A stretch of DNA of 51,443 nt from assembly GCA_030141605.1 (NCBI GenBank), contig JAQGDQ010001260.1, positions 1 to 51,443 on the forward strand, read 5' to 3'. Under the pieces are notes generated by a model. The model was not told the origin of the DNA and did no database searches. It was given only the letters and a program-made list of their open reading frames with translations. This document shows positions 1 to 12,219 of the stretch, one piece after another. The stretch comes from Tubiluchus corallicola. Lineage: Eukaryota; Animalia; Priapulida. The stretch's first letter is position 1. Each line of letters starts with the position of its first letter. A program made the translations under genes and the position numbers.

Positions 1-371
<371 letters not shown>

Positions 372-689
372 AGATACTAAGAGAAACATTTGGAATCTTA
401 TTAAAAAGCGACGTTCTGGCTGCTTAGATCCTGCTTCGTTTTCAGTTGACACGATCTTCTATGGGGATGGGAGAAAACTTAAACTTTGAACTTCAGCTGC
501 ACAAAGACTAAATAAGAAGTCAAAAAGAAATAAATTTGTGATTAATACCTTGCACATTGTTTCCATATTTAAAAAGTTATAATAATTTTACAAAATTGGC
601 ATAGCGGAGACCGCGAAGATCACATCCGCTAGTAACATCTCACCTTCTCACCAATCCGCCTGGTAGATATATTATCTGTCAGCTGTTGA

Positions 690-1460
690 CCTTACCTTAG
701 ACCTTAGTCCTTCCTGTGCATTGATGCACATTGGGCAGACAGCATTTTCCACTGAGTTTTATCGGCGGCTTCGTTCTCTACGTTTTCCCAACGTCTGTTG
801 ACAGCTCGAAGGTCTTCTTTGAAGGATCTGCGCCACGTTGTTTTTGGCCGACCTCTTTTTCGTTTCCCACCAGGTGGTTCCCACTGTACTGCTGTTTTGG
901 CGTAGCGACTTTCTGATAGACGGAGAATATGTCCAGCCAGTTTCATTCTTCTCTCTGTAACTATATCTTGTAACCGCAATGACTGCGCTCGTTGAAGAAC
1001 TTCTACATTGGTGACATGGTCGCGGTAGGAGATTTTTAGTATCTTTCGAAGGCATTTTTGGTGGAAGACGTTCAGTTTCTTTGATAACTCCGCTGTGACT
1101 TTCCAGGTTTCGCTGGCATAGAGAGCCGTTGGCAGCACAATGGCGTTGTACAGACGAAGTTTGATTTTCATGCCAATTTTCTTGGTTGTCCAGATTTTTC
1201 CCATCTTCCTAAATACTGCTGCTGCTTTGCCGATTCTCCCCCTGATGTCATTTTCTGTACCTCCATTACAGGTCATCACACTGCCCAGATATGGAAAACT
1301 GGTAACGTTCTCAACCATTTGGCCCCCCACTGTTATATGTACATCATTCTGTTGGTTTGTCCACACTTTCAAAACTTTGGTCTTTTCTTGACTAATTCTC
1401 AATCCAATTTTTCCCGCTACTTCTTCCATACTTGTGGTCAGTTGTTGCAGGCTTTCTTTT
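690..1460 (-). mobile_element. 5'-truncated RTE LINE (element A) inserted into the 3' end of element B
   Basis: Encodes FPYLGS...IVLPTALYASETW...GHILR...GRPKTTW (RT thumb/C-terminus), with a stop at 704 and a TAAGG-like tail. 8-bp TSD GCTGTTGA at 682-689 and 1461-1468. Confidence 0.9.
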
Positions 1461-1624
1461 GCTGTTGAACCCCTGAGAAATCTTCTCCACTCTTGTCTGT
1501 TATCGTATTCATTCCATTCCTCTCTAGATGTTCCTCTAATGAGAAGAGCTCTATCTACTGCCTCCATCCATCTTTTCCTCGGACGGCCGACTGGCCCCTT
1601 TCCCGGTGGTTGCCATATCAAATA

Positions 1625-2250
1625 CCGTAAGACGGGGTGAGTTCGCCAATTTTTTGGGGTATTTTTTTACGTTTCCTGCCATAGCAAGAGAATTACCCAA
1701 CCGATTTTCTTAGTTCAAGCTTTATATTGCCTTTCGAATGCAACACTATCGTGGGGTGAATTCGCCACTAACAATTTAACACTGTTTAATGCCATTCTAG
1801 GCAGCTGAAGTTAACTGGTTGTGATTGGCTGGTTGGGGGTGAGTTCGCCACCCTATGAAAAAATTATGAAAAATGTCTAGTTTTAGTTTTCAAATAGAAA
1901 CTTCTACGTTGGCAAGGAAGGCTTGAACGTCTTGTGCACTGATCTTATCGCGGGCGCCCTTGATGTTGCCAGCCACTCTGAAAACCAGATTGTTCCTTCG
2001 GGCGAATGATTTGACAAAGTCTATTCCAGGGGTGTTTGCCTTGAATCGTCGTTCCTGATAATATGTAGCGCAGAATGGAATACTTCTAGTGCGAATTGAA
2101 AGAAGATAACTGTCACAAACTGTTTATAATGACAGTGATCATGATATCTGTTCATTAAACACTGAACAATAGTTACAGCAAACCTACAATAGCCATTACG
2201 TAAGGGGTGGCGAACTCACCCTCGGGTGGCCAACTCACCCCGTTTTACGG
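1625..2250. mobile_element. Non-autonomous pogo/Tc1-mariner DNA transposon, copy 1 (626 bp)
   Basis: TIRs CCGTAAGACGGGGTGAGTT / AACTCACCCCGTTTTACGG and TA TSD (1623-24, 2251-52). Removing it restores the LINE frame RQKKYLIWQ. It carries a transposase fragment at about 1900-2057 (-). Confidence 0.93.
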
Positions 2251-2612
2251 TACTTTTTCTGCCGTTCTTCCTCCTCCATCAGCATAACGTTTCCATACCA
2301 TCTGAGTTTGGTCCTCTCAATCTCCTCCAGGAAGAGTGCTACATTCAGCTCTTCTCTAATCTTGGTGTTTCTCATCCTGTCTCTCCGCGTGACTCCCAAG
2401 ATTAATCTCAGTACCCTCACCTCGGCTGCTGGGTAGTCTGGACTCCGTCTTTGAAGTCAGTGACCAAACGTCGGAGCCATACGATAATATTGGCTTGAGG
2501 ATACTCAGATAATTAGTCACTTTGCACTTCCTGGAGATGTGGCTGTCTCGTAGTAGCGGATAAACCATATCTACATTACTATTGTATTTAGCGATACGAT
2601 TGATTATTTCAT

Positions 2613-3094
2613 CAGTGGACTCTCGTTACAAGAATCACACGTATAAGAATCAGCTCGATATAAGAATGAAAATCGCGTTTCCTGAATTGAATCGGCATTT
2701 TCCTAGTGAAAATCCGCTCGTATAAGAATCACCCTTCTTTCGATAGTAGAATCAATTTTGGCGCCAACTCCATTGTTTCTCACGCCCTGCTTACAAGGTT
2801 CTGCGCAGTGGGCGTGGCGGAAAAAATTATGTGCATTAAAAATTTTTAAGGCAATTCTGGCATCATGAAATATCTACCCAACCATGAAATGAAAACATTA
2901 GTCTAGGAATTTTTAGGTCCTTTTTAGGCCAGAAAAACATGCTGTTTCATGTCGTTTCTAGCGTAATTTCGGGAAATAAATAATTTTTATGTGCATAAAT
3001 TTTTTTTAAAGCAATTCTGTGTCATGCTCGTTATAAGAATCGCTTGTTATACTTTGCCTTCTCCCGAGGTGATTCTTATAATGAGAGTCCACTG
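2613..3094. mobile_element. Tigger/pogo-like MITE
   Basis: 26-bp TIRs CAGTGGACTCTC(G/A)TTA(C/T)AAGAATCAC with 2 mismatches and several internal TATAAGAATC motifs. TA is present on the right flank only. Confidence 0.85.
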
Positions 3095-3642
3095 TACATA
3101 TTTCTCTCCTGTATTTCTTCTTGGTTCACCATGCGTTTCTTAAGCATAAGATGTCTTTTACGCCAGTGGGTTGCTAGCCCTATCCTGAACCCCCCCCCAT
3201 TTACCCGTGCTTGGGACCGGCACTGAGTTCAGCTGGATTACTGCCCCAGTGGCTGGGTTCCGCAAGTAACATCAAATTGGAAACAGCCATGCAAAGCCCT
3301 AAAAAGCGAACCTTAAACTAAATATTCGGTGTGCCCGGATGCCTGCCTAATCTTAACTTAATTATGATATCAAAGTGTTGCAGACGTACTTACTCTCTCT
3401 TTTTCATTTTGCGCGTAGCTTACCTGTAATTCCTTTCAGTAAACCGACAAAAGCAGCTATCACCAATAAACACACGCACGTCTTCATCTTGCTTTTACTT
3501 TAACTTGTGATATCTCTCGGTTGTATTCTAATACGCACGTTCTAAACTTGAAAAGTTTTTCGTAGAAATTGACGTAAGAACATTCTAAACATTGGGTTTG
3601 GTGTTTGCGTCACTCAAATCAACTAGTTTTGTTGCTGCAGTA

Positions 3643-4267
3643 CCGTAAAACGGGGTGAGTTCGCCACTCTTTAGGGGTATTTTTTACGTTTCCTGCCACA
3701 GCAAGAGAATTACCCAACCGATTTTCTTAGATCAAGGTTTATATTGCCTTTCGAATGAAACACTATCGTGGGGTGAATTCGCCACTAACAATTTAACACT
3801 GTTTAATGCCATTCTAGGCAGCTGAAGTTAACTGGTTGTGATTGGCTGGTTGGGGGTGAGTTCGCCACCCTATGAAAAAATTATGAAAAATGTCTAGTTT
3901 TAGTTTTCAAATAGAAACTTCTACGTTGGCAAGGAAGGCTTGAACGTCTTGTGCACTGATCTTATCGCGGGCGCCCTTGATGTTGCCAGCCACTCTGAAA
4001 ACCAGATTGTTCCTTCGGGCGAATGATTTGACAAAGTCTATTCCAGGGGTGTTTGCCTTGAATCGTCGTTCCTGATAATATGTAGCGCAGAATGGAATAC
4101 TTCTAATGCGAATTGAAAGAAGATAACTGTCACAAACTGTTTATAATGACAGTGATCATGATATCTGTTCATTAAACACTGAACAATAGTTACAGCAAAC
4201 CTACAATGGCCATTACGTAAGGGGTGGCGAACTCACCCTTGGGTGGCGAACTCACCCCGTTTTACGG
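3643..4267. mobile_element. Non-autonomous pogo/Tc1-mariner DNA transposon, copy 2 (625 bp)
   Basis: Near-identical to 1625-2250 in the same orientation. TA TSD at 3641-42 and 4268-69, with different flanks. Confidence 0.93.
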
Positions 4268-5397
4268 TAACTGTTTTTACCTCTACCCTGTCATGATTTA
4301 AAGGAGTCGAGCGAGTAACACTCATAAAAACCGCATAGTTTTCCACAAAGTAATTGTCAATTAAGGGTTGGTTGGTGCGACATTTACCATAGAAGGGAAA
4401 TTATTCCATTCGTTCACAACTGGACAAAAGAAAATCATTTTCATTATTCTAAATTTAAATTTATGTTGTATATTTATCCTAATGTCATCATACTTTTTTA
4501 ATTTTGGATAGTGCTGCCACCTTCAGGTGCTCTTGTTAAAATTGTTGAAGCTTTTTCTTTACTGTTTAAATTTTCATTGGCTTCTACAGTCTTTGTGAAT
4601 GCATAATCTCTAAACCTGTTTTCACACCTAAATGATTTCACTTGTAGTTTTGGTCCCTTGGTTTTCTGCTTTTCAACATGACAGCTTGTGGTGTGTTATT
4701 AAATGCGTTGTTAAAATGTTGTGTGTTCTCGTTAATAGGACGTTTGTCCTGTAATTATACATTTAGTTTAAACATCATTTGTGGGAGTATGCAAGCAGAA
4801 TAAAACTATCTGATTTGTTTAAATACAAAAATTGTTTATTTACAAAAATTGTTTATTTACAATTATTTACAATACATTTGGCATTTGAAAAAATACTGAC
4901 ACAATATACACAATAAAGAATATTTACAGCACAAAGAATTTATATAACAAAAATGAAAAAGATATTACACAAATTACAAGAAACCACTCAAATTTATACA
5001 TAATGAATATGAAAAAAGCATCAAATTAAACAAAAATATCAATTCAAAAGGTTTATCAAAAGTAATTTACGAATTATGGTGGGGGCGGTTACCAAAATCG
5101 TTGTAAAAAATTGTGACCCTACAAGGGTTAAGCAAAACGTACCATTTCATAATCAAACCAACTGTAGATAAACAAATAAGTGCCCAGCATTTAAAAAATA
5201 TGAAAAGTTCTTATCTAGACACAGTTAACTTATAAATTCTTGACACACATACTAACATTACATGGGTAAACATAAAAACACTGAAAATAGTGGTTACACT
5301 ACGAGGAATCTTATTTTCGCGTGTTAGTTAGGCAACATGTGACCCGGCCACATTTCTATACAAAAATCATTAATGCAATTTCACACGAATCAAGACT

Positions 5398-6045
5398 TAA
5401 ACAACTCATATCATTTCATTAAGCAATTTATTTACAATGGAGAAAAAAGTAAAAAAACTCCAATTTGTATCATTTCATTAAGCAATATTCAAACAATTCA
5501 TATCATTTCATTTGTATCATTTCATTAAGCAATATTCAAACAATTCATATCATTTCATTAAGCAATTTATTTACAATGGAGAAAAAAGTCAAAAAACTCC
5601 AATTTGTATCATTTCATTAAGCAATATTCAAACAATTCATATCATTTCATTAAGCAATTTATTTACAATGGAGAAAAAAGTCAAAAAACTCCAATTTGTA
5701 TCATTTCATTAAGCAATTTATTTACAATAGAGAAAAAAGTAAAAAACTCCAATTTGTATCATTTCATTAAGCAATATTCAAACAATTCATATCATTTCAT
5801 TAAGCAATTTATTTACAATAGAGAAAAAAGTAAAAAAACTCCAATTTGTATCATTTCATTAAGCAATATTCAAACAATTCATATCATTTCATTAAGCAAT
5901 TTATTTACAATAGAGAAAAAAGTAAAAAAAAAACTCCAATTTGTATCATTTCATTAAGCAATATTCAAACAATTCATATCATTTACAATGGAGAAAAAAG
6001 TAAAAAAAACTCCAATTTGTATCATTTCATCAAACAATATTCAAA
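5398..6045. repeat. AT-rich minisatellite, about 92-bp unit with two TATCATTTCATTAAGCAA subunits
   Basis: CTCCAATTTGTATCATTTC recurs at 5597 and 5689, with variant units. Confidence 0.92.
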
Positions 6046-6689
6046 AAAATTCTGTATTTACATATTTACATAATTCTGTAGTTATAACAGTGGTTATACT
6101 ATGAGTTAAGCTGCTATATGATGTACTTATGAAGGCTCGGTAACTGGACCCATGGAGGACTCCGTATTTTTGTTATGATCATTATTATGTTCATTAAAAT
6201 ATATGTAGAAAAAATGTTCAAAACGTTATAAAATATGTTCAACTGAACATTTCTTTGATGTTCAAAAACAAGAGAACAAGCTAAAGCTGGTTCAAGACAA
6301 CTTCTCCTGTTATGTTACGAGCAAAAATATTCATTTTAATGTCAGCAACAAGCTAAAACTGATTCAACGCAGTTTCTCTTTGGAGGTTATAAGCAAAAAT
6401 ATTTATTTCAATGTTGGTAAGTTAAAAGCCAGTGCAAGAAGGCAGCTTTGTACTGGGAGGATGTGCCAAGTCAAAAGCCAGAGCAAGATGACCCAAATTT
6501 CTCTCCGGAAGCTTGGAGAATTACGTTTCAATTCGAACGTTAATTGCTATTTGCAATTTAGAGCTTCAGCATCATCAGCGGATAGATTACAGTTTCTCGG
6601 ATTTTTTCTCGGATTTTTTAATATAAAAATATAAAAGTGCTTACATATTTAGCATAATATTTAAAGTTGACATTCAACACAAATTTTCT

Positions 6690-7150
6690 GCAATGCATTG
6701 TATTCTAAAGTGCAATATATGACAGCAGTTGCAGTATATTCTATTAATGGTAACATATCCTATAAGCTGCAATATTCTGTTAACTGCAATGCGTCACAGC
6801 AGCTGCAGTATATTGTATTAATTGTCACACGTCCTATAAGCTGCAATATTCTGTTAACTGCAATATATCGTAGCAACTGCAGTATAGTCTATTAATGGTA
6901 ACATATCCTATAAGCTGCGATAATTCTAGAAACTGCAACCTTCAACAAACAACAATATATCATACAAGCTGCACTATATTCTATGAATTGTTAACGTACC
7001 CCTATAAGACGAAGTATTTTTAGAAACTGCAATATATCATACAAACTGTAATATATTCTATTAATTGTTACATATCCTTCAAACTGCAGTATTTCTAAAA
7101 ACTGCAGTATACTGTATAAGCTACAGTATGTTAAGTTAGTTGCACTGTAT
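6690..7150. repeat. Degenerate tandem repeat (AACTGCA/CTGCAATAT motifs)
   Basis: Recurrent diverged motifs; unit length not resolved. Confidence 0.6.
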
Positions 7151-7317
7151 CGTATACAAGTTGTGCATCAAAACTATTTATAAGATAGGGCGACCACGAT
7201 GCTGATGATGCTGGATGTTTGTGAGGCGGCAGTTACCGAGCCGATGAGGAAGAATTTTCTGAAGAGCAGGGGGAGGGGGATTGAAACAATAATCATTAAT
7301 AATAATTTCTATTTCTG

Positions 7318-7655
7318 GTGCTTTAATTAAGAAGCGTAATTGTTTGAAGTACGCTCAAAACATTTTAATGATTTGAAGCACCAATGGTGCATTAATTAAG
7401 AAGCGTAATTGTTTGAAGTACACTCAAAACATTTTAATGATTTGAAGCACCAATGGTGCATTAATTAAGAAGCGTAATTGTTTGAAGTACGCTCAAAACG
7501 TTGTAATGATTTGAAGCACCAATGGTGCATTAATTAAGAAGCGTAATTGTTTGAAGTAGGCTCAAAACTTTCTAATGATTTGAAGCACCAATGTTGCTTT
7601 AATTAAGAAGCGTAATTGTTTTAAGTAGGCTCAAAACGTTTTAATGATTCGAAGC
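7318..7655. repeat. 69-bp minisatellite, about 5 copies
   Basis: TTAATTAAGAAGCGTAATTG at 7323, 7392 and onward. Confidence 0.93.
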
Positions 7656-8097
7656 GTCAAAAGTGTTCATAATAGAATTGATCCCCCTCCCATGCCGATA
7701 GTGACCAGGCGGTGGGAAGCTAATTTTTAACAACATGGCGACACATATTTCCGCCATATTTAATATTTCAGCTATATTTAATTGATTATATATTCAAACG
7801 TTATCTATCCATGGACAGCCATGGTTATTAGGCAACATCTTTAAATTATGCAAGGTGGCAAACTTGATGCCTATAGTCAAAATAACAGCTTGACTATATA
7901 CAAGGTTGTGTGTCATAATAGCAATTATTTTCATAGAATAAACATTCAGCCATTATTCCCCATATGCTGGAAAAGGATGAACAAATCTTTGTATGACGAA
8001 ATGATGGAAATTAACATTACTGGTTCATGAAAAAAATGTAGCGATAGATTCCATATGAAATGAGTTTGTAGTAGAGCGATAAAGATCACATTACAGA

Positions 8098-8720
8098 TTC
8101 ATCGAGTAACACTATACACTGCCATGTCACAGTATAGTGATGTTATAGAACAGTGATGGAAAGTACCATCATCAACGTGTCACATAAAATGATGTGATAG
8201 TAACGAAAGAACTGCCATCAAGGCGTCAAATGAAGAGACATGATAACGTGATGCGAGTCACTATTAATGTCACGTGAAAAACTGCCATCTAGGCGACAAA
8301 TAAAGAGACATGATAACGTGATGCGAGTCACTATTAATGTCTTCATCGAGTAACACTATACATTGCCATGTCACAGTATAGTGATGTTATAGAACAGTGA
8401 TGGAAAGTACCATCATCAACGTGTCACATAAAATGATGTGATAGTAACGAAAAAACTGCCATCAAGGCGTCAAATGAAGAGACATGATAACGTGATGCGA
8501 GTCACTATTAATGTCTTCATCGAGTAACACTATACATTGCCATGTCACAGTATAGTGATGTTATAGAACAGTGATGGAAAGTACCATCATCAACGTGTCA
8601 CATAAAATGATGTGATAGTAACGAAAGAACTGCCATCAAGGCGTCAAATGAAGAGACATGATAACGTGATGCGAGTCACTATTAATGTCACGTGAAAAAC
8701 TGCCATCAAGGCGACAAATG
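8098..8720. repeat. About 174-bp tandem repeat with a roughly 70-bp sub-duplication
   Basis: TTCATCGAGTAACAC at 8098, 8342 and 8516. Confidence 0.9.
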
Positions 8721-9019
8721 CATTACAAGAGAGAAACTGAATATTTTAAAGAATTGACTTGATGAAATTGAACATAATCACTGATTATTAATCAGTACTA
8801 AAGCAGTAAACAAGTAAAACTGATAACAGTGGTGGCAACTACCGCTAATATATCACATAAAGTGACATGACAATGACAAAGGTAAACAGTACCGAAACTA
8901 GAATATTTCAAAAACTACCAAGGCATCAGGGAAAAACTCCTGTCACGATATATGGCGAAATGCACGTTATGAAAGATTGCACAGTAAAAACTGTTTGATA
9001 AAGTTGAACGTAACAGTCG

Positions 9020-9880
9020 GCATTGAAACTGTACCAACAATAACGGTACAGAAAACAGCCGCTATTTAAAGATTACATGATCGAAATTATTTTGTTGAAG
9101 TTGAATAACTGCATCCAATTAAAGACTACAAGATCAAAATTCCTTTGTTGAAATCGAATATGTAATCGGCATTGAAACAGAACCAGCAAACACGTTACAA
9201 AAAAGAACGGCATCCGATTAAAGATTACAAGATCAAAATGTCCTCGTTGAAACTGAACATAATCATTGAAAAATACAGTACGAAAAAAGGTAAAAATTGA
9301 AAACAATCATCAATGAAACTGTACCAACAATTATAGCATCGAAAAAGGTCCATTAAAGATGAACGATTGTGAACAAAATCGAAAGTTATCGGCATTGAAC
9401 TTGTACCAACAGTTATAGCACATACAAAAACTCCATTAAAGATTGACCGACTGAAATTGCCGTGGATGAAATTGAAAGTTATCGGTATTGAACTCGTACC
9501 AACAATTATGCACATAAAAAACTCCATTAAAGATTAAACGATTGAAATTGCTTGTACCAACAGTTATAGCACATACGAAAACTCCATTAAAGATTGACCG
9601 ATTGAAATTGCCGTGGATAAAATTGAAAGTTATCGGTATTGAACTCGTACCAACAATTATGCACATAAAAAACTCCATTAAAGATTAAACGATTGAAATT
9701 GCCCTGGATAAAATTGAAAGTAATCGCACATACAAAAACTCCATTAAAGATTGAACGATTGACATTGCCGTGGACAAAATTGAAAGTTATCGGCAATGAA
9801 ACAGGACCAAATATTATAGCACAGAAAAAAGCTTCATTAACGATTGTAGGATCAAAATTGAATTGATTCAATTGAAAATA
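9020..9880. repeat. Diverged tandem repeat of about 94 bp
   Basis: GTACCAACA...CCATTAAAGATT...AAATTGAAAGTTATCGG recurs; edges are more degenerate. Confidence 0.8.
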
Positions 9881-10624
9881 ATCAACACTGAAGCCTGACA
9901 AGAAATTTACTTCAAATGGCTTTGCCAGATTTGGTCTGCTGCTTAAGAGACAGGAGTTTAAGATTAGGGATATTTTTGCATTCAACTGCAAGGTCACGTT
10001 GTTGTGGAGGGAGGGACTGCAACTAGACTTTTTATGAAAACTAATCATCTAAGAGACATTAGACCAGGAAGGTGAACTGTGATTTTGATATGGTCACCCA
10101 TTCATTTACTATCGGGTCTCTAGCTTCGAATGCCAAACTAAGTCAGCCATGTTTTGGCTAATATGATTTTAGTAGCGACGACTCATCCGTGTGCTATCTA
10201 GTCTTTACTCTATATAATTTCAATTCCTAAACAAAGTCAGCCATGTTTTAGCGTATGTGATTTTTAGTAATGGTCACTCATCTAATTACTTTCTAGACTT
10301 AGCTCTGGTTAACTTCACTTCAATTGTCAAGATTACTAATTTCGCCCTAAAGCTAGTTCAACAAAAAACACACACCAGGCGGCACAACCAGTCAGCTTGC
10401 TAGTCACAGCCTAAAAAGCTTATAAATGAAATGCTTTGCAAAAATACAGATGGATTTTGCAAATATTAGACTAAAGTATTATTAAATAATTTGTGAAAGG
10501 CCTGCAATTAACAAGGTTAGGCTGGGGGGGGGGTGAATCAGGTTTTGAATTATTAGTTAAGGTAATGGACAAAATATAGGAAATTACTTTTGAACAGGGA
10601 TCTAAATGATCTGCATAAAAATTT

Positions 10625-10870
10625 GAAATCACTGTACAGTTCTTTAAACTGCATAGCTTTCTATAGTTCCTTAAACCGCAGAACTTTTTGTACAGTTCTT
10701 TAAACCGCATAACTTTTGTACAGTTCTTTAAACCGCATAACTTTTTGTACAGTACTTTAAACTGCATAATTTTCTGTACAGTACTTTAAACCGCAGAACT
10801 TTTTGTACAGTTCTTTAAACCGCATAACTTTTTGTACAGTTCCTTAAACCGCAGAAGTTTTTGGACAGTA
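10625..10870. repeat. 28-29-bp minisatellite
   Basis: TTTTGTACAGTTCTTTAAACCGCATAAC repeated. Confidence 0.9.
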
Positions 10871-11479
10871 ATAATATATGCTTCCCTCAAGTACTTACAG
10901 TATGTTAGTGGAAAGAAACTGTCAGTCAGTTAATGCCTAGGCCTTGTCTGTCTTTACTGAAAGGTGTACAGTAGCTACATACACTGTACATGTACATACT
11001 TCTATACACGCGCGCTATGCATAGAAGTATCTGCATGTACAGAATGCATACTGCTAAGGTTCTGTACCATATTAGTTCGTTAATAGAATAGAGGTTAATA
11101 GCTCAATGTCAGAACTCAGTGTACTTTTGGGAAGCATTTGAAGTTAAAATCGTGAATTGTGGTAACAAATTTCTGGCTAGAACATTTTCAGTACAGCGTG
11201 GAGTCTAGTTTAGCAAATTCTACGAAATATTTCTTTTAAAGTTAACGGGAACACTTAAAAGGAAATGAAGGAACTTTAGGCCCTCGCCAAGGAAAGGAAA
11301 GATGGGCCGGGAGGAGACTGCAGGCTGTCCATCCCACTCCAACCTTGTTCCCTCCTTATTTTACGATCTATTAATATTGATTCAAACAGTAAAAAAATGT
11401 ATTTATATACAATAGAAGTTTCACGAAAAATGTATACTTTCCCTTTAACATATACTTTGTTGGGATAACTGTTTTCCTT

Positions 11480-11920
11480 TTCACACAGGGGATGGGCGGA
11501 CATGGCTTTCTAAAGCATGACTGACTTTCATTTCACAGAGGGGATGGGAGGACATGGCTTTCTTCTAAAATCATGACTGACTTTCATTACACAGGGGGGG
11601 AGGACATGGCTTTCTTCTAAAAGCATGACTGAATTTCATTTCACAGAGGGGATGGGAGGACATGGCTTTCTTCTAAAATCACGACTGACTTTCATTTCAC
11701 AGAGGGGATGGGAGGACATGGCTTTCTTCTAAAATCATGACTGACTTTCATTACACATAGCTTTCATTTCACAGAGGGCATGAGAGGATATGGCTTTCTT
11801 CTAAAAGCATGACTAACTCATTACACAGAAGGGATGGGAGGACATGGCTCTCTTCCAAAAGCATGACTGAATTTCATTTCACAGAGGGGATGGGAGGATA
11901 TGGCTTTGTTTCTAAAGTAC
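11480..11920. repeat. About 56-bp minisatellite
   Basis: CACAGAGGGGATGGGAGGACATGGCTTTC repeated. Confidence 0.9.
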
Positions 11921-12219
11921 CTAGAACGTGGCTATCTCTCATTTAATTTTTCAAGAACGTAGCTGTCTCTCATTCCACAGTAAGAGTTCTAGAGCACGAC
12001 TGTCTTTTAGTTTTTGTTAAAGTACTACCTCTTCCGGAAGTGGTTGTGGAGGTTAGACATGATTAAAATATTGGGGAATTTACTGTAAAAAAAACTTGTA
12101 ATAAACTTTAGTTTATTAATAAGCGAAAGATAACTGTATATTTGTACAAGGGTTTGACAGAATTAGGCCTACCTAAAAGTAGAAACAGTGAATGGATAAA
12201 AATGGATTCCCCTTTTGTT

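Larger units (their letters stand above)
640..3258 (-). mobile_element. RTE-type LINE relic (element B), internally deleted and interrupted by three nested insertions
   Basis: Flanked by TCCGCTAGTAACATC (625-639) and TCCGCAAGTAACATC (3259-3273), a 15-bp TSD with 1 mismatch. Minus-strand fragments encode RT C-terminal motifs typical of RTE (SILKPILSYGSDVW, LRWYGNV, GRPRKRW). The 3' tail is GGTGAGAAGGTGAGA. Confidence 0.85.

Noticed and set aside
601-633. Helitron-like 3' end (hairpin plus CTAGT)
   Set aside because: It overlaps the LINE TSD, the other TSD copy reads CAAGT, and there is no other Helitron feature.
704-1621. 305-aa ORF as a functional gene
   Set aside because: It is an in-frame chimera of two truncated LINEs with a TSD at the junction and no RT catalytic core.
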